Origin: Bacteroidota bacterium
Lineage (GTDB): Bacteria; Bacteroidota; Bacteroidia; NS11-12g; UBA9320
Direction of reading: 5' to 3'
Assembly (NCBI GenBank): GCA_002746305.1
Contig: NVWV01000008.1
Location: 125,353 to 189,352 of the forward strand
Length of the DNA stretch: 64,000 nucleotides
Shown here in pieces: positions 39,974-49,595 of this stretch. Position 1 is the stretch's first letter, and every line of letters starts with the position of its first letter. The notes below the pieces were generated by a model. It worked only from the letters and a program-made list of their open reading frames with translations, was not told where the DNA came from and did not search any database. Position numbers and translations under genes: made by a program.

Positions 39974-40894
39974 ATGATTCTAAGTATCATTATATGCACG
40001 TACAATAGAGTAAGGTTACTACCATATTGTATCGACAGTATTTTCAATCAAAACTATGATAAAAACGATATTGAAATAATATTTATAGACAATAATTCTA
40101 CCGATGGGTCCGGAGATTATTTTAAAAATCTAATGGATAAAGACCCTCGGTTTACTTTTAAATATTTCTTGGAAACAAAACAAGGTCTTTCCTATGCTAG
40201 AAATAGAGGGATACAAGAATCTATAGGTAAATATGTCGCTTTTGTGGATGATGATGCTATTATGAAAGAGGATTATTTTCAAAAAATATCAGATTTCATA
40301 TATCAACACCCAAAGTGCCAGGCATTTGGAGGGATAATAAACGTACACTTCGAGTCCACTCCTCCAAGGTGGGAAAACAAATATATTAATACCATGTTTG
40401 GATATTACTACCGTGGTAATGAGTCATTTATCTATAAGAACAGTGACTACCCTAGAGGATCAAATATGATTTTTCTTAAAACACTTTTTGACGAAGTAGG
40501 CATCTTTAATCCCAAACTCGGCAGAATAAAAAGAGGACTACAAGGCAATGAAGAAAAGGACCTATTTCAGCGTATCTATGCAAAAAGACACATCGTAAGA
40601 TATGACCCTAATTTAATAGTAGATCATATTGCACCACCAGAACGCACTGAAATCTCATTTGTAAAGCGTCAAGCTACTGGTACAGGAAATTCTGAAAGAA
40701 TTAGAACACAAGAACTAGGCCTTTTTTATTACATAAAAGCTCTGATCTTAGAAAGTTTAAAATGGATAGCGACCTTTTTATTAGCAATATTGTATTTCTT
40801 TAAACTTACCCCAATGAAGGGTATAATTTTAATTCGTTTTAGGTACTGGATTAGTTCAGGTTTGGTAGGTAAAATAGGTGTTTCTGAAATTTAG
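39974..40894 (+). CDS. glycosyltransferase family 2
   Basis: LSIIICTYNRVRLL...IEIIFIDNNSTDGS...FVDDDA (DxD). Confidence 0.7.
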   Translation: MILSIIICTYNRVRLLPYCIDSIFNQNYDKNDIEIIFIDNNSTDGSGDYFKNLMDKDPRFTFKYFLETKQGLSYARNRGIQESIGKYVAFVDDDAIMKEDYFQKISDFIYQHPKCQAFGGIINVHFESTPPRWENKYINTMFGYYYRGNESFIYKNSDYPRGSNMIFLKTLFDEVGIFNPKLGRIKRGLQGNEEKDLFQRIYAKRHIVRYDPNLIVDHIAPPERTEISFVKRQATGTGNSERIRTQELGLFYYIKALILESLKWIATFLLAILYFFKLTPMKGIILIRFRYWISSGLVGKIGVSEI

Positions 40895-40970
40895 TCATCC
40901 TAATACTTACTAATTCTCTTTGGAAATATCATATTTGTCTTACTTCTTTAAATAATAAATTATTGTAAAA

Positions 40971-43460
40971 ATGAAACTGACATTTAATAAATATAAAAAA
41001 CATTTATTGGCTATTTTAGTATTTGCCGTACTAACTTATGCATATATGCCACCAGTATTAAGCGGGAAAGCAATTCAACAAGGTGATGTAGTTAACTTCA
41101 AAGGGTCTGTCTCTGAAACTGATGCATATTATAAAAAAGAAGGTAAAACTCCGCTCTGGACGAATGCTATTTTTGGAGGAATGCCCACCTATCAAATAAG
41201 CACGAAAGGGCATAGTAACCCTGTAAAGGTGCTTATGAAGCCCTCATTTCATCACCCATTCAACAAATTATTTATTGGCTTGATATGTGCATACATCATG
41301 TTTTTAGCTTTTAAAGTAGAGCATTGGTTGGCTATTATTGGAGCATTTGCATTTACATATACTACAGGAAATCTTATTTTCTTAGAAGCCGGACACAACA
41401 CAAAAATGCAAGCAATTGCATACGCTCCATTGGTCTTAGCCGGACTAAAATTCTTACTAAACAAAAGGTATCTTCTAGGCTCCAATATCCTTGCAGTAGG
41501 GATAGCCCTAGAGCTGGTATCAAATCATATTCAGATATCATTTTACCTAGCTATAATGGTAACGATTTGGATGATAGCCGAATTTATCACACACCTTAAA
41601 AACAAAGACCTCAGTTCCTACTTTAAAGTTGTTGGGATATCCTTGTTGTTAGCCTTGTTGGGCATTGCTATTAGTTCTCCAAATATTCTTTTAACAAAAG
41701 AATATTCAGAATCTACTATTCGTGGCCAGTCAGATTTAACTATTTCTAAGGGAGTCAGCGGAGTGCAGGTTAAAGAAAACAGCGGCAGCGGATTAGACTA
41801 TAACTACGCCTTTCAATGGAGCAATGGCTGGCAGGATGTAATGGCTATTATCATACCAAACTATGCTGGAAGTGGAGGAGTTGTTGACCTTGGTAAAAAT
41901 TCTGCTTTTGAAGGAAAACTAAATAAGAAAGCTATCAAAAATTTTCCGTTTGCATATTGGGGGGAACTTCCATTCACGGTGGGCCCTGTTTACCTTGGTG
42001 CGAGCGTATTTCTTCTTTTTATTCTGGCATTTATCTTTATTCGAGGCCCCATTAGATGGTGGATACTTATAGCTTTTATTTTATCTCTAGTTATGTCAAT
42101 GGGTAAGAATAATTTTGCTTGGTTCAATGATTTCCTATTCAATCACTTTCCACTTTATAATAAATTCAGAGTACCAAGTATGTCACTTACCCTTGGTCAA
42201 TGGTGTGTGCCTCTCCTTGCTATCGTAGGATTATCTCACTTTATAAAGAGTACAGATAAAGAGAGACTTCAAAAGAGTCTTAAATTTTCAGGTATAATAG
42301 TAGGTGCTTTTTTAGTTCTACTTACTTTCATGAGCAGTATGTTTACAGACTTTAGTCATAAAGTGACTGATCCAATAACTGGAAATGTCTTAAAAGATTT
42401 TGATAAAGATATATACGACCAATATAAAATAGAAACCTACTTGCTAGAAGAGGCAAGATCAGACCTTATTCAGTCTGATGGATTAAGATCCTTATTCTTT
42501 GCCGGGACAGTATTTTTGCTGTTATGGTTGTTCATTAAAAATAAAGTTAAAAAAGAGTATTTAATTCTGGGAATTGGTCTTGCTATATTGGTTGATTTAT
42601 GGTCTATTGACAAAAGATACTTAAACAATGAAGATTTTGTAAAGAAAAGAGTCTATGAAAAGAAGGCAACTCCTTCCGCAGCTGATCTAGCCATCCTAAC
42701 AGACACCAGTTATTATCGAGTTTTGGATGTGAGAACTTCTAATGTAATGTCTAATTCAAAGGCAGCATTGTTCCATAAGTCGATAGGAGGTTATCACCCA
42801 GCAAAGCTTAGAAGATACCAAGAACTTTACGATTGGCATATTGTTAATGATATAAGAAACAACAGTTACGAAAATAGTTCTGTTCTCAATATGCTTAATA
42901 CTAAATACATAATTGGGAAAGACCAAAAAGGGGCAGATTTATATAGGATAAATTCAAACAATCTAGGTCATGCGTGGTTTGTAAATAACATTAATACTTT
43001 AAAAAACGCAGATAGTGTAATTCTTGCTTTGGCTACGTTTAATCCAAAGTCTACAGCAATACTTGAAGCAACACAATCTGATGTTTCATCGAAACAGCTA
43101 GAAATTGATAGTTCGGCCTCTATTTCGTTAATAAGTTATCATCCAGATAAAATGATTTACAAATCGAATAGTATTCACTCTGGATTCGCAGTATTTTCAG
43201 AAATCTTTTATAAAGATGGATGGGTAGCTTCAATAAACGGGAATCCTGCTACCATAGAAAATGCCAACTTTGTTTTAAGAGGACTTTCATTACCTAAGGG
43301 AGAAAACGAGATAATCTTTAGTTTTGAGCCGAGAACTTATTCAATTAGTAGAGGTATAATGCTAGGAGGTAATACAATCTTGTATTTACTGCTAATTGGT
43401 TCATTATTCTTTTGGATTAAAAAAGAGTTCTTTACCAAAAGCAAAGAGGCTAGAGCATAG
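40971..43460 (+). CDS. YfhO-like large polytopic membrane protein (putative glycan/glycolipid transferase)
   Basis: 829 aa with a many-TM N-terminal half, a large extracytoplasmic C-terminal domain and a final TM. Confidence 0.45.
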   Translation: MKLTFNKYKKHLLAILVFAVLTYAYMPPVLSGKAIQQGDVVNFKGSVSETDAYYKKEGKTPLWTNAIFGGMPTYQISTKGHSNPVKVLMKPSFHHPFNKLFIGLICAYIMFLAFKVEHWLAIIGAFAFTYTTGNLIFLEAGHNTKMQAIAYAPLVLAGLKFLLNKRYLLGSNILAVGIALELVSNHIQISFYLAIMVTIWMIAEFITHLKNKDLSSYFKVVGISLLLALLGIAISSPNILLTKEYSESTIRGQSDLTISKGVSGVQVKENSGSGLDYNYAFQWSNGWQDVMAIIIPNYAGSGGVVDLGKNSAFEGKLNKKAIKNFPFAYWGELPFTVGPVYLGASVFLLFILAFIFIRGPIRWWILIAFILSLVMSMGKNNFAWFNDFLFNHFPLYNKFRVPSMSLTLGQWCVPLLAIVGLSHFIKSTDKERLQKSLKFSGIIVGAFLVLLTFMSSMFTDFSHKVTDPITGNVLKDFDKDIYDQYKIETYLLEEARSDLIQSDGLRSLFFAGTVFLLLWLFIKNKVKKEYLILGIGLAILVDLWSIDKRYLNNEDFVKKRVYEKKATPSAADLAILTDTSYYRVLDVRTSNVMSNSKAALFHKSIGGYHPAKLRRYQELYDWHIVNDIRNNSYENSSVLNMLNTKYIIGKDQKGADLYRINSNNLGHAWFVNNINTLKNADSVILALATFNPKSTAILEATQSDVSSKQLEIDSSASISLISYHPDKMIYKSNSIHSGFAVFSEIFYKDGWVASINGNPATIENANFVLRGLSLPKGENEIIFSFEPRTYSISRGIMLGGNTILYLLLIGSLFFWIKKEFFTKSKEARA

Positions 43461-44590
43461 TGCAATTATCCCAAATATACGGTCTTCAAAAAATCAAACA
43501 AAAGCTACTCGCTAATGTAAGGGACAATAGGTTACCACATGCCCAGCTATTCCTAGGACCTGAGGGGAGTGGTAAACTTGGATTAGCATTGGCTCTTACA
43601 CAATATTTATACTGCTCGAATAAATCTGAAACAGACTCTTGTGGAGAATGTAGCTCTTGTCGTAAAATAAGTTCTCATACTCATCCTGATGTTCATTTCA
43701 CATTTCCCACTGTTGTGAAATCATCTGGGAAGGAACCCGTGAGTAACGATTTTTTGGAAGCATGGAGAAAAGAATTACAAGAAAGCATATATTTCAATAC
43801 GTCCGATTGGATTAAGAACATTGCTGACGACGAAAACAAGAAACCCAATATAACACGTAAGGAGACCCGCGATATTATCTCAAAACTCTCGCTCAAACCC
43901 TATGAAGGTGAAGCTAAAACACTCATAATCTGGATGCCTGAGTATTTAGCAGGACAAAGCAATGCTTTGCTAAAACTGATTGAAGAACCACCTCAAAAAA
44001 CGTATTTTATATTAGTTGCCGAAAATTCAGATGCCTTGCTAGCTACAATAACAAGTAGAACACAATTGGTAAAAATACCGAAGTATACTGAAGAAGAAAC
44101 TATGGCATTTTTACAAGCCAAGTATTCATTAGATCCTCAAAAGGCCGAACAAATTGCATATTTAGCAGAAGGAAACTTTAGAAAAGCAATTGATTTAGTA
44201 GAAAGTGTAGAGGACAACTATTCTGAAATGTTTAGAGACTGGATGTTAGCATGTTATAGCAACAACCTCAAAACGGTAAGCTCTCTTGTAGACTCCATGC
44301 ATAAACTAGGAAGAGTACAATTGCAAATATTCTTGACCAATGGATTGTCAATACTTCGAGAAAGCTTACTTTATAAAACCATTGATAACTACACTATAAA
44401 AGCAGAAAAAGACCAACAAGATTTTATTCGGAAATTTTCAGGTACGTTAAATGCTGCGTGTATTGAAAAGAGTTATGAGCAAATCAATGAAGTAATTTAT
44501 CATATTCAGCGAAATGCAAATGCTAAGATTGCCATTTTTAACCTTTCTCTAAACTTGAGGTATAACTTTGTACGTAAGAAAGATGCTTAA
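43460..44590 (+). CDS. holB: DNA polymerase III subunit delta'
   Basis: HAQLFLGPEGSGKLGLA. Zinc module CGECSSC. SHTHPDVHF. Confidence 0.75.
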   Translation: MQLSQIYGLQKIKQKLLANVRDNRLPHAQLFLGPEGSGKLGLALALTQYLYCSNKSETDSCGECSSCRKISSHTHPDVHFTFPTVVKSSGKEPVSNDFLEAWRKELQESIYFNTSDWIKNIADDENKKPNITRKETRDIISKLSLKPYEGEAKTLIIWMPEYLAGQSNALLKLIEEPPQKTYFILVAENSDALLATITSRTQLVKIPKYTEEETMAFLQAKYSLDPQKAEQIAYLAEGNFRKAIDLVESVEDNYSEMFRDWMLACYSNNLKTVSSLVDSMHKLGRVQLQIFLTNGLSILRESLLYKTIDNYTIKAEKDQQDFIRKFSGTLNAACIEKSYEQINEVIYHIQRNANAKIAIFNLSLNLRYNFVRKKDA

Positions 44591-45218
44591 TTCATTTCAA
44601 AAAATACTAATTCTGGCACCTCATACTGATGATGGGGAATTTGGCTGTGGTGCAAGCATCAACAAATGGGTGGAGGAAGGAAAAGACGTCTATTATGCTA
44701 CATTCTCTGCTTGCAAGCAATCCGTTTTACCGCAGTTTCCAGAAGACATTCTAATCACGGAAGTTAAGGCAGCAACTCTTACTTTGGGAATTAAACCTTC
44801 GAACCTAATTATGTACGATTATGAGGTTCGTACATTCACGTACCACCGACAAGAAATACTAGATGACCTAATACAATTAAGAGAGACTATAGCTCCAGAT
44901 TTAGTTCTCATGCCCTCTCTTAATGATATACATCAGGACCATAAAACAATTGCAGAAGAAGGACTCCGAGCATTTAAGTTTGGCAGCATTCTTTGCTACG
45001 AAATGCCCTGGAATAACTTAGTATTTAATACAACATGTTTTAATACACTAGAAGCACGGCATATAAATAAGAAAATAGAAGCACTCAAAGAGTATAAATC
45101 TCAGGCTCATAGACCTTATTGTAATCCGGAATTTATTAAAGGTTTATCTTTAAGTCGAGGAGTGCAAATCAATGCTGATTTTGCTGAAGTTTTCGAGGTA
45201 GTACGATGGAAATTATAA
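44568..45218 (+). CDS. PIG-L/LmbE family N-acetylglucosaminyl deacetylase
   Basis: ILILAPHTDDGEFGCGASI (AHPDDE-type motif). HQDH. 23-nt overlap with holB. Confidence 0.65.
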   Translation: MYVRKMLNSFQKILILAPHTDDGEFGCGASINKWVEEGKDVYYATFSACKQSVLPQFPEDILITEVKAATLTLGIKPSNLIMYDYEVRTFTYHRQEILDDLIQLRETIAPDLVLMPSLNDIHQDHKTIAEEGLRAFKFGSILCYEMPWNNLVFNTTCFNTLEARHINKKIEALKEYKSQAHRPYCNPEFIKGLSLSRGVQINADFAEVFEVVRWKL

Positions 45219-46249
45219 AAAGAGTTCTTGTAACTGGAGGCGGTGCTCCTGGTGCTCCTGGAATTCTTAATGCTCTTAAACAAAGTAACTCATCCACTGA
45301 AATCTTTTCTTGTGATATACAAGAAAATACAGCTGGAAAGATCTTAGCTGACAGCTATTTTACAGTGCCTTCTGGTGATACAGAACAGTATATACCCGAA
45401 ATACTACAGAAGTGCATTGAGCATAAAATATCTACTATCCTACCCATTACGACTAAGGAACTCTTACCCCTTTCAAAAAACAAAAAACTATTTATCCAAA
45501 ACAACATCAACGTTCTTGTATCTGAATTTGATGAACTCAGTGTTGCCAATGATAAAGGTAAACTTTACGCACATTTGGATAAGCACCATATTGCAACCCC
45601 ATCATTCTGTGTGGTAAATAACCACTTAGAATATATAGAAGCTGCAAAACCCTATATCAACTCGGACACAACGTTTATTGTCAAACCTTGCTTTGCAAAT
45701 GGAAGTAGAGGTTTTAGAATTGTTGGTTCGGATATAAACGAAGGGGATTTACTTTTTAATCACAAACCAAACTCAACCCATATATCCAGCAGTAAACTGA
45801 ATTCAATATTATCAAGTTACAGATTTCCTCAGTTGTTGGTTTCAGAATACCTGCCTGGGAGAGAATATACCGTAGATTGTCTCATTCAAAATGGTGATGT
45901 TAAATTCATCATTCCGCGTTTAAGAGAAAAAATGAATAATGGAATAAGCGTTGAGGGAACCATTGAGAAGAATGATGAGGTTATTGATTACTGCTACAAA
46001 ATATTACAAAGCTTGAGACTCGATGGACCAATAGGAATTCAAGTAAAATATAGTATTAAAGACAAACCACTTATTGTTGAAATAAATCCTAGAATTCAGG
46101 GCACTACTGTTGCCTTAATGGGAGCAGGAGTGAACATACCTGCACTCTGTACAGATGTACAGCACTTGCAAAATTTCACAAAACCAAATGAATTCCCAAT
46201 CAAGTGGGGAACTAAATTTATTAGACACTACAACGAGCTTTATTTCTAA
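45206..46249 (+). CDS. ATP-grasp domain protein
   Basis: Rossmann-like pre-domain (VLVTGGGAPGAPGIL). Central KPCFANGSRGFRIV and C-terminal EINPRIQG are ATP-grasp-like. 13-nt overlap with the PIG-L gene. Confidence 0.5.
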   Translation: MEIIKRVLVTGGGAPGAPGILNALKQSNSSTEIFSCDIQENTAGKILADSYFTVPSGDTEQYIPEILQKCIEHKISTILPITTKELLPLSKNKKLFIQNNINVLVSEFDELSVANDKGKLYAHLDKHHIATPSFCVVNNHLEYIEAAKPYINSDTTFIVKPCFANGSRGFRIVGSDINEGDLLFNHKPNSTHISSSKLNSILSSYRFPQLLVSEYLPGREYTVDCLIQNGDVKFIIPRLREKMNNGISVEGTIEKNDEVIDYCYKILQSLRLDGPIGIQVKYSIKDKPLIVEINPRIQGTTVALMGAGVNIPALCTDVQHLQNFTKPNEFPIKWGTKFIRHYNELYF

Positions 46250-46368
46250 GCCTTTTACCCTTTTTTGGATATATTTGACAATTGTATAAATAATCATTTA
46301 TACATATTAGGAGCAGTATAGATAATACGCTCTTTACCAATGAACTAAAACCAAGAAGAGATATAAAT

Positions 46369-47709
46369 ATGGGATGTGGAAGTTGCGGAAATAACAACGG
46401 AAGTCATAGCCCCGGTTGCAAGAGCAACGGTGGGTGTAGCACTGGAAGTTGTAATAAGTTAAACGTATACAACTGGTTAACGGACATGGTCTTGCCAGAA
46501 GACTATACGCCATTTAATATAGTAGAGGTTAGATTTAAGGGCAGTAAAAAACAATTTTATAAGAATATAAATAACTTAGAGCTATTTACTGGAGACAAAG
46601 TAATAGTGGATTCAGACATCGGTTATGATGTTGGTGAAGTATCTTTAAGTGGGGAACTCGTAAAACTACATCTGAAAAAATATGGAGTTGATGAGAACAA
46701 CTCTGAAATGAGAACAATAAAGAGTAAAGCCACTGAACAGCAAATAGCCAAGTATCAAGAATTCAAAGATGCCGAACAAAAGACATTGGAAGAAGCTCGG
46801 ACTATTGCCCTTCAACTTCAGTTAAAAATGAAAATAAGTGATATTGAATACCAAGGAGATGGTAAAAAAGTCACTTTTTACTATACCTCTGAGGGTCGCG
46901 TAGATTTTAGAGACCTTATTCGTCGATATGCATCTTCTTTCAAAAGCAGAATTCAAATGCTTCAAGTTAGCTATAGGGAAGAAGCTTCAAGACTTGGAGG
47001 AATCGGATCTTGTGGTAGGGAGTTGTGCTGTAGTACATGGCTTACAGATTACAAAGTTGTAAGTATGAGTGCTCCTAAAACACAAAACCTGTCCATTAAT
47101 ATGCTTAAGCTAAGTGGACAATGTGGTAGGCTTAAATGCTGCTTAAACTATGAACTTGAACTGTACAGTGAAAAACTAAAAGAATTCCCTTCTGAAAAGG
47201 TGAAATTAAAAACTGAATCTGGTCTGGCAAGTCTTCGCAAAATTGATATTCTCAAAGGAACCGCTTGGTACTGCTATGAAAATAGCTTTGACTGGATTCC
47301 TGTAAACATTGACCGAGTAAACGAAATCATTGCTGAGAACAAAAAAGGTAAGACTCCTATGACATTAAGCGATACAGCCAAAGGTGCTGAAATAGCGTTT
47401 AAGACTTTAGAGTTTAAAGACGATTTGTTAGGTGATACGGACCTCACCCGAATGGATAATAAAAACAGAAAATCTAAAGGAAAGGGTGGCAATAGAAAAC
47501 CTCAAAACAGAAATAGCAGCAACCGTAAAAAAATACCCAATAACAAAAAGGGTGACAGGAGCGGAGGGAATAGGAATGACCCAAATAAGCCTAAAAATGA
47601 GAATAAGCCCAAGGTAGAAAAAAGCACTCAGTCAAAGAAAAAGTCAAACTACAATCCCAATCGTAGAAACAACAGAAAAGATGAATCTAAACCCGATGAC
47701 CAAAATTAA
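46369..47709 (+). CDS. PSP1 C-terminal domain protein with Cys-rich N-terminus and K/N/R-rich tail
   Basis: PSP1 core (FYYTSEGRVDFRDLIR...GSCGRELCCSTWL...GRLKCCLNYE). N-terminal MGCGSCGNNNGSHSPGCKSNGGCSTGSC. ~90-aa basic low-complexity C-terminus. Confidence 0.6.
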   Translation: MGCGSCGNNNGSHSPGCKSNGGCSTGSCNKLNVYNWLTDMVLPEDYTPFNIVEVRFKGSKKQFYKNINNLELFTGDKVIVDSDIGYDVGEVSLSGELVKLHLKKYGVDENNSEMRTIKSKATEQQIAKYQEFKDAEQKTLEEARTIALQLQLKMKISDIEYQGDGKKVTFYYTSEGRVDFRDLIRRYASSFKSRIQMLQVSYREEASRLGGIGSCGRELCCSTWLTDYKVVSMSAPKTQNLSINMLKLSGQCGRLKCCLNYELELYSEKLKEFPSEKVKLKTESGLASLRKIDILKGTAWYCYENSFDWIPVNIDRVNEIIAENKKGKTPMTLSDTAKGAEIAFKTLEFKDDLLGDTDLTRMDNKNRKSKGKGGNRKPQNRNSSNRKKIPNNKKGDRSGGNRNDPNKPKNENKPKVEKSTQSKKKSNYNPNRRNNRKDESKPDDQN

Positions 47710-47727
47710 CCTTTAGGCCAAAAGATA

Positions 47728-48516
47728 ATGCAGGAAAGACATTCCAATAGAAAACAATATTTTGATGAGCAAGCACTGACTACAAAAAAATATGTAATCC
47801 CATACCTTAACACATTAAAGAAAATTGACAAAAACACCTCCGTTTTAGAGATTGGTTGTGGCGAAGCAGGAAATCTAAAACCTTTCTTAGACTTGGGTTG
47901 CCAAAGAGTTGTAGGCATAGATCTCTCATTAGGAAGAATTGAAAACGGAAGAAAATTCTTTAGTGACCATCCCAATCTAGCAAATCTCGAACTCATTGCA
48001 GAAAACATATATGACTCTGTCATCTCAGAGGAATTTGACATTATCATATCTCGGGATGTGATAGAACATATTCCAAACCAAACTAAGTTCATGGCCAGAT
48101 GTCGAGACTTTATCAAACCAGACGGACTCTATTTTATTGGTTTTCCCCCTTGGTACAATCCTTTTGGTGGACACCAGCAGCTTTTAAAAAGCAAACTACT
48201 CTCTAAGCTACCGTACTTTCATATTGTCCCTAGACCTATTTACAAAAGAATACTTAAACTCTTTGGTGAAACTGATGGACAAATAAAAGGAATGCTGGAA
48301 ATTTACGATACCCGTATCACCATCGATCGACTAAATAGGATTCTAAAAGAGAATAACTATACAGTTCTTAAAAAAACAGATTATGTTATCAATCCCAACT
48401 ATGAAACCAAATTCGGTCTGAAACCTAGAAAGCAAATTGGTCTAATAAGTGCCATACCCTTTATACGAAATTTTTTCACTACAGCCTCGTATTACGTAGT
48501 ACAAGCAAATAAATAG
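47728..48516 (+). CDS. class I SAM-dependent methyltransferase
   Basis: Motif I VLEIGCGEAGN. Motif II IIISRDVIEH. Confidence 0.6.
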   Translation: MQERHSNRKQYFDEQALTTKKYVIPYLNTLKKIDKNTSVLEIGCGEAGNLKPFLDLGCQRVVGIDLSLGRIENGRKFFSDHPNLANLELIAENIYDSVISEEFDIIISRDVIEHIPNQTKFMARCRDFIKPDGLYFIGFPPWYNPFGGHQQLLKSKLLSKLPYFHIVPRPIYKRILKLFGETDGQIKGMLEIYDTRITIDRLNRILKENNYTVLKKTDYVINPNYETKFGLKPRKQIGLISAIPFIRNFFTTASYYVVQANK

Positions 48517-49122
48517 TCAGGAATCTAGACTTACTCTATTTCTAATAGATCGAGCAAGAGTCATTTCATCTGCATATTCTAACTCACCTCCAACCGATAT
48601 GCCTTTGGAAAGAGTCGAAACTTTCACCCCCAACGCTTTAAGTTTCTTAGCAATGTAATACTCTGTCGTATCACCTTCTAATGTAGAACTGAGAGCTATA
48701 ATAGCTTCTGTTATTGTCCCCTCAGAAACTCTCTCCAATAATTCTGGGATTTTAACATCACTGGGCCCTACTCCATCTACTGGCGATACAAGACCACCTA
48801 ATACGTGAAATAGACCATTGTACTGGCCTGTATTTTCTATCGCAATAACATCTTGAAAGTCCTTTACTATGCAAACTAGACCCTGATCTTTAGAGGGAGA
48901 CTTACACACATTACATAAATCAGCATCACTAAGATTAAAACACTGCTTACAGAATTTTATCTCGGTTCTTAGTTTAAGAATTGCCTGACTCAATTCCACC
49001 GTATCAGCCTCGGGTCTTTTAAGTAAATGTAGAGCCATTCTTAGAGCACTTTTCTGCCCAATTCCAGGAAACTTCGAAAGTTGTTCTACAGCCTTATTGA
49101 TGAGATTGGAAGATGTACTCAT
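48517..49122 (-). CDS. recR: recombination protein RecR
   Basis: HhH N-terminus. C4 zinc finger CKQCFNLSDADLCNVC. Toprim. Confidence 0.85.
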   Translation of the reverse strand: MSTSSNLINKAVEQLSKFPGIGQKSALRMALHLLKRPEADTVELSQAILKLRTEIKFCKQCFNLSDADLCNVCKSPSKDQGLVCIVKDFQDVIAIENTGQYNGLFHVLGGLVSPVDGVGPSDVKIPELLERVSEGTITEAIIALSSTLEGDTTEYYIAKKLKALGVKVSTLSKGISVGGELEYADEMTLARSIRNRVSLDS

Positions 49123-49178
49123 TTCTATCCTACAAATGTAAATACTGACAATAATAATACAACATATATGAAAATCAT

Positions 49179-49595
49179 GTGTTTAACTTGTACCTAGTTT
49201 ACAAAGTGGAAAAATATTCAGATATACGTACACAAATTAAGGTGCTCGCAAAGCCAAAGCACGAAAAAGGTCATACCGTCCAAGGGGCAAGCTATGTCTT
49301 TAGCTACCGCATAACTATAGAAAACTTCTCCAATGTATCCATCAGACTAACGCGGCGACAATGGTATATCTCTGATGGCCTTTTTGGAGAAAGAGAAGTA
49401 GAAGGAGAAGGTGTAATAGGCCAAATGCCCACTATAGATCCTGGTGAGAAATTTGAATATGAATCTTGGTGTCCAGTATCTTCTGAATACGGATCAATGA
49501 CTGGTTACTTCACATTTGAAAATTTAAAAAATAACGAAGTGTTTTATGTAGACATACCACCAATGGTATTGCTACCTGAGTTTGTCTTAAACTAG
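49179..49595 (+). CDS. apaG: ApaG (DUF525) protein
   Basis: YVFSYRITIEN...VEGEGVIGQMPTIDPGEKFEYES parallels E. coli ApaG. Confidence 0.75.
   Translation: MFNLYLVYKVEKYSDIRTQIKVLAKPKHEKGHTVQGASYVFSYRITIENFSNVSIRLTRRQWYISDGLFGEREVEGEGVIGQMPTIDPGEKFEYESWCPVSSEYGSMTGYFTFENLKNNEVFYVDIPPMVLLPEFVLN

Noticed and set aside
47706-48116. 136-aa minus-strand ORF overlapping the methyltransferase gene.
   Set aside because: Antisense to an ORF with clear SAM-binding motifs. No motif of its own.
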